The notes under the pieces were generated by a model. It ran no database searches and was not told where the DNA came from. It was given only the letters and a program-made list of their open reading frames with translations. This document shows, piece after piece, positions 24,201 to 37,859 of a DNA stretch of 64,000 nucleotides; position 1 is the first letter of the stretch; each line of letters opens with the position of its first letter. The position numbers and the translations under genes were made by a program. The stretch is from Microthyrium microscopicum (lineage: Eukaryota): NCBI GenBank assembly GCA_010405405.1, contig MU004231.1, forward strand, positions 1,495,784 through 1,559,783, in the 5' to 3' direction.

Positions 24201-27200
24201 CATAGACATTGTTGCGCCAGTGGGTCGTTGCAGATTCATGTTTACGCCAGTAGTTATCTGCGTTGACAGCATCTTCATGCCAGCTCTTCAGTCGCTCACG
24301 TCGCTTACTTATGCGCGACTGGGCTGAATGTTCCGTATTCCTATTTTCTTCCGCGACGAATTCTTCCCAATGGCGTGTGAAGCAGCCAACAAAGAAAGCG
24401 TCGAGCTCTTCGCGATGTACATCGACCCAGACGATGAATGCCTCGTTATCTAGTTCCGCCAACTTCAGGAACCCAGACGCGAGATAGTGACGGCTTGCTG
24501 GGGAGGAGTGCTGGAAGACGTAGGCGGCCTCGTCAAACTTTTGGACAAGGAGCATGCGCCAGAAATCTATTGCGGCGGTACGAACACTTGTCGACTTGCT
24601 GACGATGCGGTGGTAGAGGAGGAAGTAGAGTAAACGCAGGTAGGAATGCTCATCGTCGTCGGATGTGAGGATGACTGTTTGCCAGTAGGACAGACGTTCA
24701 AGAAAGACGACTGTAGACTTTTGCTCTAGCTCAGTCTCATCTTCCATCTCTGATAAACGTAATAAAGCGATTCGCAGAAAGACTTTGCCCATATTTTGAG
24801 TTGCAACACTGCATAGTCGAACGTTCTTGAGTGCGGCGATGTCTGGTCGTCGGAGAAACTCCAGTGTTTGGCCGATGAAGTCAAGAAGCTGTCCAGCGCC
24901 ATCTAGAAACCACCCCTCGAAGATGGCTTCTGCCATATATTTGACATATCGACCGACATTGGTGATGACCCTAGGCTCTTTGAGAAGCTGCTCCTGCATT
25001 CGCAGAGTATTCGAGAGCTCAGACATTGCATGTGAGAGAACATATGACTCAAAATATACTTGATGTTCTTGAAAGCCTGGAGGGACTTTGAGAAATAGAC
25101 CTAGTCCTTGAAAGTCTTTGCGATGCAAAACCTGATCGAGGAATACAGATACCACAACTCCAAGCATAGTCTGCACAATGTTCGATCCAATTCTGAGTGC
25201 TATCGGTCCAGATGACAAATGTGGCGACATGACCGAGTTCAGCTTGGTGGGTTTCGGGATATTATCATGTTCACCAGTGATAAGGATGAAACTCGACGGT
25301 CTTCTGAAAGTAGCTCGAGCAGACTTGGAAGAACCCTTAGTTGCAACACTAGACGAAGTTGTCGTTGATCGAACGATGCGAGGCCTATGATTTTCGTCTA
25401 CTGCGGGAGGCTTAATCACCACATCGTGGCCCTCGAATGTCAAAGCGGATCGAGAGTTGAGTTCTGTCTCAGCACTGACGCTATCTGATGTAACCACGAC
25501 CGGATAGAGAACGAACAAGACTTCTTGGACGAAGCTTGAGGTGGCAGCAAAATCCCGAAAGCTGGGTGATTTGAGTTGGAGATCGGCCAAAAAGCGTATC
25601 ACTGAGCTGAGTACCTCAGCATTGTTGGTAACCTCGAAAGTTGTATGCCCGCGAACAGCATCAACATTCAACGAGGAGCCTCGGACGCGACCATGGACAA
25701 GAGCTTCACCCTTCATGTCATCGCCAGATGCAGCTTTGTGTCCCTCGGATACCACAGCACGAAGGCCACTTTCGAGCATTGCAGCCATGATGGGCAACGC
25801 TTCAGGATAAACGACTCGTCCGCCAGTTTTGGCGAACATGTCACTGAGTGTAAACTGATTGAAGTCGTCCACATAATCAAGGGTGCCAACATCGACTCCG
25901 AAGAGTAGAGCCAAGAGGGATATCCACAGAGCCGGAACACTCCACCAGCTCTTGAGCCGCTGCTTGAATAGCGAAAAGCCACCGCTTCTATCATCGAAGC
26001 TTTTCACATAGCTTGGTCCCAGCACGACGAGAACCCGAACGAGGATTTTCGTAGAGAGAACAATGATACGTGAATCGCGCTCGGCCATTAGGAACAAAAG
26101 CCATTTGCTTGTGACCGTCGTTGCAAATCTATTAACAATCTCTTCACGGCCAGGTTCGCAGATGATGTCGGCATACAATTCCAGCATTTGAACCGCCATC
26201 TCAAATCTCGATACTTCGCTTGATGGGCTTATGGGCGGATTGAAGGGAGAAGGACGCGAATGTGACCGTTCACGTCCTGATGGACCCGGACTGGTATTGC
26301 GATCTCCATTTCTAGAGGTAAGTCGCCGTACCATAGGGAAAGCTCGCGTTTCTTGGAAAGCAAAGGTGATAAACATGGACAACGAGCGAAGCGTATCAGC
26401 AGAAATGCTACATCGAAATACAGCGTTGAATGCGTCAAGAAAATCGGGGAAGACGTCGGCGCTGAAAGATTCGCCCTTGAGAGCATCGATCAGACGCTTT
26501 ACAATCCCTATAGTATGTTAGTGAGGCTTCCGAACGAAAAAAGTCGCACTTACGCATTCTAATCAGGCGCTTAGCATTGAATTTATGATGCTTCCCTTTG
26601 GCGGCATAATGCACAAATTGGCTGTAGTAGACTTTCTGAGTAGCAATTGGCGATCGTCTCCAGGTATCGAAATCAACCAGTAGATATCGATATGCCAGAC
26701 TGTTGATTATGAGAGCATTTTCCGGCTTCGTCTCACTATAGCCTACGAAAGCTAGCGTCATTCGCAAGAGCTCCAGAGCCAATTCTTCTCGTTGCTTAAG
26801 ATCTACGGGAATTGGTGGTGGTCGATGTGAGGCGTAAGCAGATTCGCCAAAAATTGATCCAAAGCCAAGTTTTTCTCGCATCAAGCCAGCCAGCACACCA
26901 TAAGCATTCTGCCGCTCAATGGCTTCACTATTACGCCAATTGTTTTCGATCGATGCGAAAGCAATTTGAACAGCCCGAATGACCTCGTCTTTTGTACGAG
27001 CAAGATCAAGGAGCTTGAGGACGACAGGAGCACTACCTCCTAATCGCCAGCAGGCATCATCGAGCGCTTGTGGAACAGATACGACTGGTTCTCCGTGCAG
27101 AATGCCGAGGCCATGTTTGCTGGTAACAGCATCGCTTATTGCAGGGACGGCGGCGTTAATGATCACGGATCTGCCATTAGAATGAAGGGTGCGACTCAGA

Positions 27201-29191
27201 CTTGTGGATGCGTCTTTGGATAGATTCTTGATGAGCTTCGTTTCGTTGATATGATTCCGGTCTTCATTGTAGAGAACAGCGGTTGGACTGAAGCATATCG
27301 CAAGCTTCGATTCATGAACTAGCTGACCGGCGTGCTGTCTCAGAGCAGCCATCAGGTCAGACTTGTCTGGTGAAACAGGATGTAATTGTTCGTTTTTCAA
27401 ATGGACTTCAGCTGACGCCCGATAGGTCTGGAATGAGCCTAGACTATCTTGGAAATTGCCAACATATCTTGGACCCAGAGCCTCGTAAACTTGAATCAAA
27501 TCATCGTTGATAGCATCTTGGAACAAATGGAAAGAAGCCATGGACCATTTTGAAAGGGTTTGATCACGACCTTTACGAAGAGCAATATCTGCTGGTGTGC
27601 CGAGAAATGCATGAACCGGCATAAAAGATTGAGTTGAGCCTGTCATTGACGCAAAACTCTCCGCACTCGTGTTACGCGTGGGAGGATTTGCGGGATATTG
27701 ACATTTGATAGTTTCAACAAAAGTCCCATTGATGAAAAGAGAGGCTTTACTCGGGGTCAGCTTTCGAGAACGTCGATGTACGACAGCGATATGATACCAT
27801 CGACCTTCTTGGAAAGATACAGAGCGAAATCTTATGCTAGCTTTGACTGCATCTTTGACGGAAGTTTGTAATACTAGCTGGTGGTCATCCTTTTCAACAA
27901 ATAGTAATAAGAAGCAAGTATTTGACTTGTCAGCCGCCCCGAAAATCGTAGTATGAGAACCCTTATCAAGGTGATCAAATCGAGCCCAAGCCATGACAGT
28001 GTATCCGTTTGTAGACGAGGGTGGAAATTGTCGGCCGATGGCTTCGAGCTCAATGGCGCTGTAGCCATGCATGGAGAGATCAAATTGAATTGTCGGTGGA
28101 TGCTTTGAAGCTTTCATAGCGTGCAATGCCAAATCTGCAATCTTCTCTGATGTCGACGCATTATTGAACAGGAAATAGGCATCGTTCATGTCGTTTATGC
28201 CATAATCCAGTAATCGCTCGATAATTCCGCGTAGCAACACTTGGAACGTGGTTCTCACGGAGATCAGAGGGGCCGCATATATCTCAAGTAATGGACGCAA
28301 AAGTCCGGACGAATGCAATGCAAGCTCATTTCTTTCGGAGGAGGTCTGAAGTTTTGCGACAACCATTGGGATGGCCAGGAGTAAAGGTATTGTTCCATGA
28401 TTTGTCTCACAACTCTCTAGGAGCAGTTTCCAAAACCCAAAAATTATGGGAACAATTTCCGGATTTGCGAAGAGTTCCTTGCCGCTTACTTTGGTCAAAA
28501 TGTGTTCGTCGACAACTTGTTCAGCACTTGAGACAAGCTGTAATATAGTAGGCGGATTGGAATCGGTGGATTGAGTTTCCAGTGCAGTACGCTCGCACAA
28601 CTTCTGTAGACCTCTGAAAAGCCCCTTGAAAGAGTCTTCTGACGTGCCAAAGGCTAAAAGTGTGCCGAAAAGCATTTCGAGAGCTTCGAAATCTAGCTCT
28701 CCCTCTGCGTTCTTGCTTATGCCTGTTTCCATCAAGACTTTTTGCAGACTTTGCCAGCCGCCGTCTCTAATTCGGGTGGAGTATAGTCTTCGGTTTACAG
28801 GGTTCCTTTTCATAGCTTCGGAGAGGACATCGAGGGACGTCTTCATCACGTCAAAGGATTCCGTTCGTTCATCGCGAGATAGCTTGGCTGTGCCATAGAA
28901 ATCTTTCAAAGACGCAAGAACGTCAAGAATAAGCGCAAAGCCACCCAAGCGCCGAAATCCATTCTTGTATACTCCATGAGCGTCGTCATCATGAAGCAAT
29001 TGGCGTAGTCTACGAAGATCGTCACATTGTATGCGGAATGTACCAAGCGAAGGGCCGGCGTTCTCCACAGCAATTGACTCGGCGAGTCCGGTGACGAGTC
29101 CGACAAGCTCACTAGGTACTTGCTGGGTGTATGCGGCGTTGGTGGAGGCGGATGGGGCTCGGTAGACGGGGAGTGTAGAGGTTCGCTGCAT
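21212..29191 (-). CDS. BPH1: Beige/BEACH domain protein (ConA-like, PH-BEACH, WD40)
   Basis: Two long ORFs are joined by intron 26508-26553 (RM R|IVKRLIDALK), and a final intron 21236-21285 gives FEWAVSG*. BEACH motifs [47 protein letters not shown] and LHKWIDLVFG are followed by WD40 repeats. Confidence 0.95.
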
Positions 29192-31081
29192 AGTGTTGAG
29201 GAGGCCGTGGATTGCCAATTCCAGACCGAAAGGGAAATGGAGGCGAAGGAGTAGGTATCATATCTTGCATATAGTCATGTCGCAAGCCGGTGACCTCTCT
29301 GGGAGTAACCGGGAGCTAGTAGTAGAGCTTGGGACAGTAAAAGCAGAATTATTGTCAGCCTAGATGTCCTGGAGGGGGAAGGCTGTGAGGTTGAGGAATT
29401 GAAGGTGCGGCGCAGTAACTATTGGCTGGGCAGGTGTCGGGATTCAAGTGGTTTTGAAGAAGAAGACGAAGAAAATAAATAGGCGAGGCAATTGAAGGAA
29501 TTAGATTTTGATTCTAGGGTAGTGTAATCATGGAGTTCAGAGCAGTGGTTGGAAGAAACAGTTGTTGGAGCTGGCTGCACTGGTGCATTTCTCAAGATCG
29601 TGCTTGCCTTATCCGAATGCATGGTAACCTCAAAAGCCAGGCACGGGCAACCCCCACTCATCAACATATGCATCGAACGTCCAAATTCCAGTACGAGGCA
29701 TTGAAGCCGCTACTAAGAGCTGCATGTTAGATGAAGTAGATGCTCTACAAATTGATTATTTCAGCCTACTGTATAGGTGATATTAGGCGAGCGGGAGGCT
29801 CAAGACTTATTATGATAACAAGTCACAAGATATAACTGTGTCCAAGACATTTGACATATCAAGTTAAGGCGGAAGTTGCAACGTTATGGCAAAGGTTTAG
29901 AAGATAGCTGGGACAGAGTCATTGTACATTGATGGAATAGTTGTATGAGAGTTCTGCGACTTTGAAATGCGGCTTGCGTTGTTGGCAGAACAATGTGATA
30001 ATGGGTTGGAATTGTGATGTATGATATATCCTAGAACCCATGAAGACAAGTAGTCCTTTGGTAGGTTGAAGCAGTGAGTGATGATTCAATGTTAGCATGT
30101 AACAGTTGGACGGGATTGTATCATGCCCCTCGTGGGAGTCGTGGCAGGGGCTCTTGAGGTACGGACAAGTATCGCGTGCTTCAGGGTCCGACTTGCAATG
30201 CATTGCGGAACCAACAACTAGTAATGTTATGTCATGATAGATATATCGGATAACGATAACATAAAGCGGTCAAGAGTGGTGCGGAAATATAAGGTTATTA
30301 GCATAAACGACTTGAAGAGGATCCGGGAGGCCAGACTGGGAAGGAGGATGATGTTTCAGTAATGACTTGGTTCCAGACACGGAAAGGACAGAGATGGTCG
30401 ACTGTTGATTCTTGCGAAAGCAAAGAGCTGGCGCTTCAGATGTTGTCGACTTCAGAAACCCAGTGTTGCATGCCTGCGCTCTGTGCCTCTCTATCATCAA
30501 GACTAAAGTCAAGAAATCTGGCTGTGCATCCTAAGACGACACGACGAGTCAGTAGTCAGTCAGTCAGTCAGTTTGTCCATGCCGCGCTTGCAGTCACGAG
30601 AAGCGTCATCTGGCCCAGCCTCGCCATCATCGCCGCCACGGTCCATTGAAACACTCTAGACTGCAATTGATCATTCCTAACAAGCTTCGCCCCAATGACT
30701 GGCCTGCTGAGAGACTGATCAGCCAACCATTTTGCTTAGTAATCCTTTTTATCGTCTGAAACAAAAGCTAGCGCGCCAAGACCATCAGCCTAGCAACGGG
30801 TTCCTTCGCTCCTTCCAACACAGACACAGCACACGACTGCCTGGTGCCTCCTTCCTCAGCCTGTCTGTGCCTCGATGTTGGTCGCTACTGCCCTTAACCT
30901 CCGTTCCATCCCCGCCCCAGCCGACTTGCTTCTTGCCTCATATCCTCCCTCTCCCTTCTCTCATCCTTATCATCCCCCCATTTCCCCATCTCATACATAA
31001 TCTCTCCTTCTTCTCATCTAAACTATACTCCATTTTCATTCCCTTTGTTCATCATACATACACAACTCCTCCGGCACCATC

Positions 31082-32791
31082 ATGAAGGTAGCCGCCTTCT
31101 CACTCACTGTGCTCGGCCTTGCCGCTGCGTCACCATTCAAATCACATCAAGTCAAAGAGAACCCCGTTCTCTCGGCTCTCAACAGCAAGCCTATTCCAAA
31201 CTCGTACATTGTCAAGTTCAAGAACCACGTAAATCACCAAGATGCAAAGGCTCACCACGACTGGGTCCACGCTCTACACATTCAGACTCAGAACCAGCGG
31301 TTAGAGCTCCGGAAGCGTTCACACATTCCAATCATCGGCGATGTCGATTTCAATGGTCTCAAGCACACATACAACATTGCCAATAGCTTTCTCGGTTATT
31401 CTGGTCACTTTGATGATCAAGTTCTCAATCAACTGAGACAACACCCCGACGTAAGTTGCTATCTCATGCTATCACGCATAGCTGCCTACCCTGTGGCGAA
31501 TGCCGCGGGGAGCTCACCCCTGTAACCAATCAAAGCTAACACCCAATTATAGATCGAGTATATTGAACAGGACTCTGAAGTTCACTCCATGCTCCCCGCT
31601 GATGTTTCTGCCGATAAGAACGCTACCATCGAAAAGGGAGCTCCATGGGGCTTGGCAAGAATCTCACATCGAGAAGGCCTTTCCTTTGGTACATTTAACA
31701 AGTATCTCTACGCCGGCGACGGTGGCGAGGGTGTTGATGTCTATGTTATTGATACTGGTACCAACACCGAACACGTCGACTTTGAAGGTCGCGCTCGCTG
31801 GGGAAAGACTATCCCAAGTGGTGATGAAGATGCTGATGGCAACGGCCACGGCACTCATTGCTCCGGTACCATTGCCGGAAAGAAGTATGGTGTCGCAAAA
31901 AAGGCCAACGTTGTCGCCGTCAAGGTTCTCCGCTCCAACGGCTCTGGCTCCATGTCCGACGTCGTAAAGGGTGTTGAATTCGCTGTCGAGGCTCACGGTG
32001 ATGCTATGGCTGCCGCAAAGGCTGGCAAGAAAAAGGGTTTCAAGGGCTCTGCTGCCAACATGAGCTTGGGTGGTGGAAAATCCCCAACTCTCGATATGGC
32101 TGTCAACGCCGCTGTCGATGCTGGTATTCACTTTGCCGTTGCCGCTGGTAACGATAATGCTGATGCTTGCAACTACTCTCCTGCTTCTGCTGAGAAGCCC
32201 GTCACCGTCGGTGCCTCTACCCTCTCTGATGATCGTGCCTACTTCTCCAATTTCGGAAAGTGCACCGACATCTTCGCCCCAGGTCTCAACATTCAATCCA
32301 CCTGGATTGGCAGCAAATACGCCATCAACACTATCTCTGGTACTTCCATGGCTTCCCCACATATTGCTGGTCTCCTCGCCTACTATCTTTCTCTTCAACC
32401 AGCCAAGGACTCTGCATACACTGTTGCTGAGATCTCACCAAAGGACTTGAAGAAGACCATCATCTCCATTGGTACCAAGGGTGTCCTAGCTGATATCCCA
32501 AGTGGCACACCAAATGTCCTCGCCTGGAACGGTGGTGGATCCAGCAACTACTCTGATATTGTTGGCAAGGGTGGTTACACCTTAACCAAGGAGGCTGAGA
32601 TTGTCAAGGCCCTCCCAGTTGACGCTGAGTTTGAAGTCCCAGATGTTTCTGAAATCAAGATCATCATTGAGAAGGCTGGCTCAGATGTTCGTCGTGGTGG
32701 ACGCAACATGGAGAAGAAGCTTGAGCGTGTGGTTGACGAGATTGAGGAATTTATCCATGATGAGATCAAGGAACTCCTCGCTGACTTTTGA
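31082..32791 (+). CDS. PRB1: Vacuolar subtilisin-like serine protease (proteinase B / PepC / Alp2, S8 with I9 propeptide)
   Basis: Signal peptide, I9 propeptide (SYIVKFK) and intron 31451-31552. Catalytic motifs VYVIDTG, DGNGHGTHCSG and SGTSMASPH, plus a C-terminal extension typical of vacuolar forms. Confidence 0.95.
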
Positions 32792-33434
32792 ACAAGTCAT
32801 GTCTGTTAAGCATAGTTTTATATACATACCATTTGTACGGCTATAGCTGCTGGTTCGCGTCACTGTATGGATTTTGCAGCATAGACTGATTGGTTGCATA
32901 ATACTCCCGCGATGCACCATTGTTTGCATTGATCATTTTTCCTTTTGTATTTGTCTCTGGACAGGTCGTCTTTGGATTGGACCGGTCATGCAACAGACGC
33001 TCCATTGTACCATCCTTTCTAGAATTAGTTCTAACTGTAGTAGCAGGAGCCAATGGAAACATCTCGAATTCAACGCAACGTCCTTTACTATCCTGAAATG
33101 ATTAAGATTTTGTCCCATCGGCGCTGCCATAGTTGTTCCAGCTCTTACTACATATAACGAGCGCTCACCCCTTGACAACCCTCTTATGCCATGATCTTAC
33201 CCTGCTTAATACAAGAAGGCAGCCACAATAGCCTCCTTTTGGCTCTATCATCTCCTACTCTGTTTACCTTCCCGTCTTCTTGCTTCCCATCTCATACTTT
33301 TATCGTCAGAGGCAAGCCATCTCATCAGAGCATGGATAGGTTTCATCTTCCATCTTTTCGGTTGCCTTGAAACTCTTCACAGTCGCTAAGTCGCTCTATC
33401 GGAAATTTTGCATAATCGTTGCTCTCAGTTCTCC

Positions 33435-36400
33435 ATGGTTCAATCAACACTTTCTCTTCGTCGGACAAAGTCTGTTTCTTCAGTATCGAATCCGTCTCGA
33501 CATTCTTTAACTATTAGGGATCCGCTCTTGACTGCACGAAATCCGCCCAACAGTTCACGAGAGCCCCTCACGCATTCGCGAGAGTTACTCAACACTTTGC
33601 AAGAACCGCTCAAAGCTGGACCGCGGGACGCAAGGGATCCGCTCAGCCCCAAAAGTCAACATCACGCTCAAGTTGCTGCCACTACGGCGTTTGAACGAGC
33701 CCGCAGTCGCGAGCATCTTCGCTCTGCGGCTGATGGTAACTCCAGACCAGGCTCTCGGGCTAGAGCTGGTTCTTCAGCAGCGGTCATGACAAGCTCACCA
33801 GCGACAATCTTTCCACCTGCAGCAAGAAATGGCCCAACTACACCAGTGAGGGGTGTCCATCGTCCAAGAGATAGTCTAGATTTGTTGCCTGTTCCGGATC
33901 GTATGCCTGGGCCGAATCGTCGACGAAGCATACAGACATTACCAACTATGGAGATATTACATGAAACTAGCCCAAGTATGGATACCTTGCCAAAATACTC
34001 TCCTGGCCTGCGTCACGCCACCAGTCGCCAAAGCATTGGTGGACGCAGCCTTGTTTCTGTCCCTGAATCCTCTATCCAGCCTCATGTTCGGTCTTCCAGC
34101 CGACGACCAAATCCAAAGGTCAATATCGTCAGCGAGGATGGATCTGGTCTCTCTGTTCCGGGACTACGCCCAACACGTTCTTTTCGACGAACGTTGAGAA
34201 ATGAAGAACCTGGTTTAAAGCCACCAACAAAGCTTGTATCACACTATTCTGGCACTACCGCGATCGAAAGTATTCCTCTCATCAATCCACCAACTGATGC
34301 CCCGACTCAGAATTCTGACCACTCACCATTTTGCTTTCCCCAAGTCCGCAAGTCTAAATCAATGTATACATGGGGCACCAATGCCAACAACTCACAGCAA
34401 TCAAACCCTGGTCATCCATCTATAGGAAGCAATAGCAGACGCAGTAAAGAAAACACTCCGTTTGCCTCACCCTTCAGTTCTCGCATTGGTCGGCATAGCC
34501 CAGCGCCTGCCTACTCGTCCCTCCGTAACGGCACGCTCGCAGCGTCCAGTCCACTGCGAGACACAACAACCACCAATATTGACGAAACGACTCTTACAAC
34601 TCGCAAAATCCGGCACCGCGCATCTTTCATGTTCACGCCCTTCCGCAAACGTGATGCCTCCAAGACGTCAACCCTCAACACATCTCCGCCTACTGGCATT
34701 ACTGCCAGCGAAGCCACTAGCCGTAAAGTGTCCGCCACCAGTTCCCGCAAGGTATCTGCTACACTACGAGACAAACTGCGCCGCTACTTCCGCAAACCGT
34801 CCCTTACGCCCAGCACCACCTCCACGACTGGCGGTGGTATTCCCGCGCAGCACATCACAGCGAGCCGCCCGCACTTTAGCACGCACAATCTCTCTCCACT
34901 GCCCACTGACCTAGTCCCACCCGTCGGTGCGCACGCCATCGTGGACGCTCATCTACGAGCATCCAGCACGATTGCAGATCCCTTTAGCGCCAGCCGTGGC
35001 AGTACGCCAACACCAGATTCAAATCAACAACACCTCCTCTCTGTATCATTGACAGAACATCGACATATTACTGCAGAAAGCAGCCGCGTGACTAGCTGGG
35101 CAGACAGCAGTATCGCTGGCACCGTGACCAGCGGCGGAAATGATCTTTATGGTGGACTGGATGCCATCGTTGAAGATACACCGCGTCAAAACACAAAAGA
35201 TCGAGACACACCAGATCCCTATAGCCCTGAACGACTCGGTGAGCTACTTCTTGCGAAAAGTCGTCGTGGTCGGGCTGGGAGTTTAGGAAATAGCTTTCTG
35301 AAGCGGTTGATTCGGCGACCTGGTGCGAGTAGCCAGACTACACTTGACGACCCCGAGCAGAGTCTACTAGATGCCCTTCCATCCCTGGACACGCACATTC
35401 CCTCGGAGCCCCGTGCCTTCGTTGGTGGTGCAGAGCCAGCCTACGACACTCTGCCCTCCCCACGTCGGCGTGCCAGCTTATTACAGTTCGCGAGTTGGCG
35501 GCATACCAAGCCAACAATACGAAGTATCTCACCAGAATCTGAACACGAAGAAGCATCGCAGCCAGCCAGCGCAATGGGCTCACTAAGTTCACGCCCCGGC
35601 TCAAGACCTGGATCGCGCAATGTAATCAGACGCAAACCGCTGCCTGTAGCGGTGGCGCCAGAATTGAAGTTAGTGCCGCCGAGTAATGCTCCGCAAGGAC
35701 TTTTCTTTCCGAGAAGTCCCATCAGTCCTACGCATGGACGGCACTTGAGGCTAGGAGGAGAGGAAGATGCTCGGACACATATTGAGAGCTCCGTTGTTGA
35801 GACACATGGTGGAGTTGGCTTTACGCCGCTCGTCAGACCTGATGAGAATCGTGGGTATGGCGTGGTTAGTCCGAGTGTGTATAGCCAACCTAGCGGTATG
35901 GAGAGTCGGGAGGTGTTGGCTGTCATCAATGAGGGCACGCGGGACGAGGGACAGGGTTCGGTTGATTTAGTGGGGGAGAAGAGTAGGACGAAACCGCATC
36001 TTAATCCAAGTGTGGATTGGACTTCGTGGTTGCGAAAGGAGGTGGCGGAACTCAGTGAGAGTATGCCTGGTGGAGAAGGACTGTCTATTTCGGAGTTCTC
36101 GGGTGATGTTATGACGAGTACGCCGCCACGAGGTCAGCGTAACCAGAGTCTGAGAACTGATAATACGGGATTGGATACTGGTCTTGGTAACTTTACTGAG
36201 CTGGAGACTGGGTTTGAGGATGAGACAATCATGCAGCTCGACAAAGGCAAGCAACCGGCTGTCATGGACGATTTGGACGATGCTACGGTCGCGACGAATA
36301 TCCCTTTGCCTGAGTCCTCGATACAATTGACTTTGCCAGCTACACCAAAGGATCAGGGACCGAGAGCCATCTTTTTGGGTGGCAGTAGTGGACGATCTAG

Positions 36401-37859
36401 TCGGGTCATGAATGATCGATTCCCGATGATTGATACTGGCGGTCCTTCGTCGAGAAAGGGATCTCCTGTCTCTGCCAAAGGAAAGAATGACAAGAGCAAG
36501 CCATCTACACCTCTCGCTGGTTCCAGTTCTGGATCCAGTTCTCGCTTGAGTAGCCCCGGAACAGACAGCGGTGCCAGTGTTGGCAGTGTGGCAAAGATGG
36601 CCAAGAAGACTAAGAAGAAGTCCCGACTTGGACCAAATCCTCCCTCTTCCCCAGAAGAGAAGATTGCTGTGGACTCTGAGATTGATCACACCAAGCCCAA
36701 GGGCAAAGAAAACGTCAGACCCGTATCAACGCCTATTGTGTCCAAGAACATTGTCCTCAGCACTTCAACGCCAGACCATCAACAAGCACGCAACAATTCT
36801 CCGTTTGCGAAAACGCCCTTCCCACATTCTGTCTCCGCCCTCCCCTTGGCCCAATATACAACATCAAGTCCAACTAGTATTGCTGAAGCTCGCTTCTCCA
36901 AGACCTTTAGCAAACACCGTCCACCTTTCCACTCGCTCGCCACGCTTGGAGCCTCCAGCTTCCACACAGCGCGCCAGAGTCCATTCACCGGCAGCATCGA
37001 CAGCAGCCCGTCGAATCGCGATACACCAGTCCCAACGCCAGGCCGCTACGACGACTCTCCTCAAGTCTCTGAGCATGCTGGCTGTGCTGTTGGTCCTAAC
37101 ACGCCCGAATACCCATCTCAGCGTGCATCCGTACAGCGTGAAGCATCTCTCGACATTGCCGCCGGGACGCCTAGCGTGGAACCAATATCTCTACTCTCAC
37201 ACAACAGCGGCCCATCAATGTGCAGTCTAAGCAGCGATTTCACCCTCCTCGAGTTACTACGCGGACCATACCGCGATATTCTTGGCGGATCCATGTCCAA
37301 CTTGACACTTCCCTCCGCAAACTCTTCCCCAGATACACGTACCGCGAACATAGATAGTAACCAGCAGCCTTTCAATAACGACATATATACCAATACCACC
37401 ACAACCACCAACGCCAGCACTTCAACCACCACCAACATCAATACAAGCACCTCCAACAACATCAATACCACACCCACATTCATCCACGCCACACAATTCA
37501 GACCAAAACCCCAACGCGCCCAAACCCAATCCTCACCAACAATCTCCGTCTCCAACAACAAAGAAAACACCACACCCTTCTTACCGCCCCGCTACCATCC
37601 GCGTCGTGGCCCATCTGCTAGTCCCTCACAGCGTCTTCCACCTACGCCATTACGTGTGACGCCGACGAGAGCTGCAAGAGGTAATGGGAGTCGTATTCCA
37701 GTAAAAGTTGGCGAGTCAAGTCCTCAGCAGTCGAGTGCACAGAGATCTGCCGCTCAACAACGGTCCGGCGGGCAGCGGTTGGCGGAGGAGTGGTTGAAGG
37801 GTCGACGGGGAGATGGGGGTGAGAGTGAAGGGAATGCTAGTATGGGTGCGTTTTTGTAA
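33435..37859 (+). CDS. Large intronless S/T/P/R-rich, low-complexity hypothetical protein
   Basis: A 4.4-kb uninterrupted ORF (first ATG 33435) that is compositionally disordered-looking, with short motif-like blocks (AATTAFERA, IPAQHITASRPHF, SRVTSWADS). Function not recognised. Confidence 0.8.
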   Translation: MVQSTLSLRRTKSVSSVSNPSRHSLTIRDPLLTARNPPNSSREPLTHSRELLNTLQEPLKAGPRDARDPLSPKSQHHAQVAATTAFERARSREHLRSAADGNSRPGSRARAGSSAAVMTSSPATIFPPAARNGPTTPVRGVHRPRDSLDLLPVPDRMPGPNRRRSIQTLPTMEILHETSPSMDTLPKYSPGLRHATSRQSIGGRSLVSVPESSIQPHVRSSSRRPNPKVNIVSEDGSGLSVPGLRPTRSFRRTLRNEEPGLKPPTKLVSHYSGTTAIESIPLINPPTDAPTQNSDHSPFCFPQVRKSKSMYTWGTNANNSQQSNPGHPSIGSNSRRSKENTPFASPFSSRIGRHSPAPAYSSLRNGTLAASSPLRDTTTTNIDETTLTTRKIRHRASFMFTPFRKRDASKTSTLNTSPPTGITASEATSRKVSATSSRKVSATLRDKLRRYFRKPSLTPSTTSTTGGGIPAQHITASRPHFSTHNLSPLPTDLVPPVGAHAIVDAHLRASSTIADPFSASRGSTPTPDSNQQHLLSVSLTEHRHITAESSRVTSWADSSIAGTVTSGGNDLYGGLDAIVEDTPRQNTKDRDTPDPYSPERLGELLLAKSRRGRAGSLGNSFLKRLIRRPGASSQTTLDDPEQSLLDALPSLDTHIPSEPRAFVGGAEPAYDTLPSPRRRASLLQFASWRHTKPTIRSISPESEHEEASQPASAMGSLSSRPGSRPGSRNVIRRKPLPVAVAPELKLVPPSNAPQGLFFPRSPISPTHGRHLRLGGEEDARTHIESSVVETHGGVGFTPLVRPDENRGYGVVSPSVYSQPSGMESREVLAVINEGTRDEGQGSVDLVGEKSRTKPHLNPSVDWTSWLRKEVAELSESMPGGEGLSISEFSGDVMTSTPPRGQRNQSLRTDNTGLDTGLGNFTELETGFEDETIMQLDKGKQPAVMDDLDDATVATNIPLPESSIQLTLPATPKDQGPRAIFLGGSSGRSSRVMNDRFPMIDTGGPSSRKGSPVSAKGKNDKSKPSTPLAGSSSGSSSRLSSPGTDSGASVGSVAKMAKKTKKKSRLGPNPPSSPEEKIAVDSEIDHTKPKGKENVRPVSTPIVSKNIVLSTSTPDHQQARNNSPFAKTPFPHSVSALPLAQYTTSSPTSIAEARFSKTFSKHRPPFHSLATLGASSFHTARQSPFTGSIDSSPSNRDTPVPTPGRYDDSPQVSEHAGCAVGPNTPEYPSQRASVQREASLDIAAGTPSVEPISLLSHNSGPSMCSLSSDFTLLELLRGPYRDILGGSMSNLTLPSANSSPDTRTANIDSNQQPFNNDIYTNTTTTTNASTSTTTNINTSTSNNINTTPTFIHATQFRPKPQRAQTQSSPTISVSNNKENTTPFLPPRYHPRRGPSASPSQRLPPTPLRVTPTRAARGNGSRIPVKVGESSPQQSSAQRSAAQQRSGGQRLAEEWLKGRRGDGGESEGNASMGAFL

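Noticed and set aside
29919..30203. 94-aa Cys/His-containing ORF between BPH1 and PRB1
   Set aside because: Does not match the MCYQ Cys pattern and has no supporting splice or paralog evidence.
31664..32398. 244-aa antisense ORF within PRB1, and similar antisense ORFs inside BPH1, RRP15 and the 33-38 kb gene
   Set aside because: Shadow ORFs produced by codon bias of the real genes on the opposite strand.
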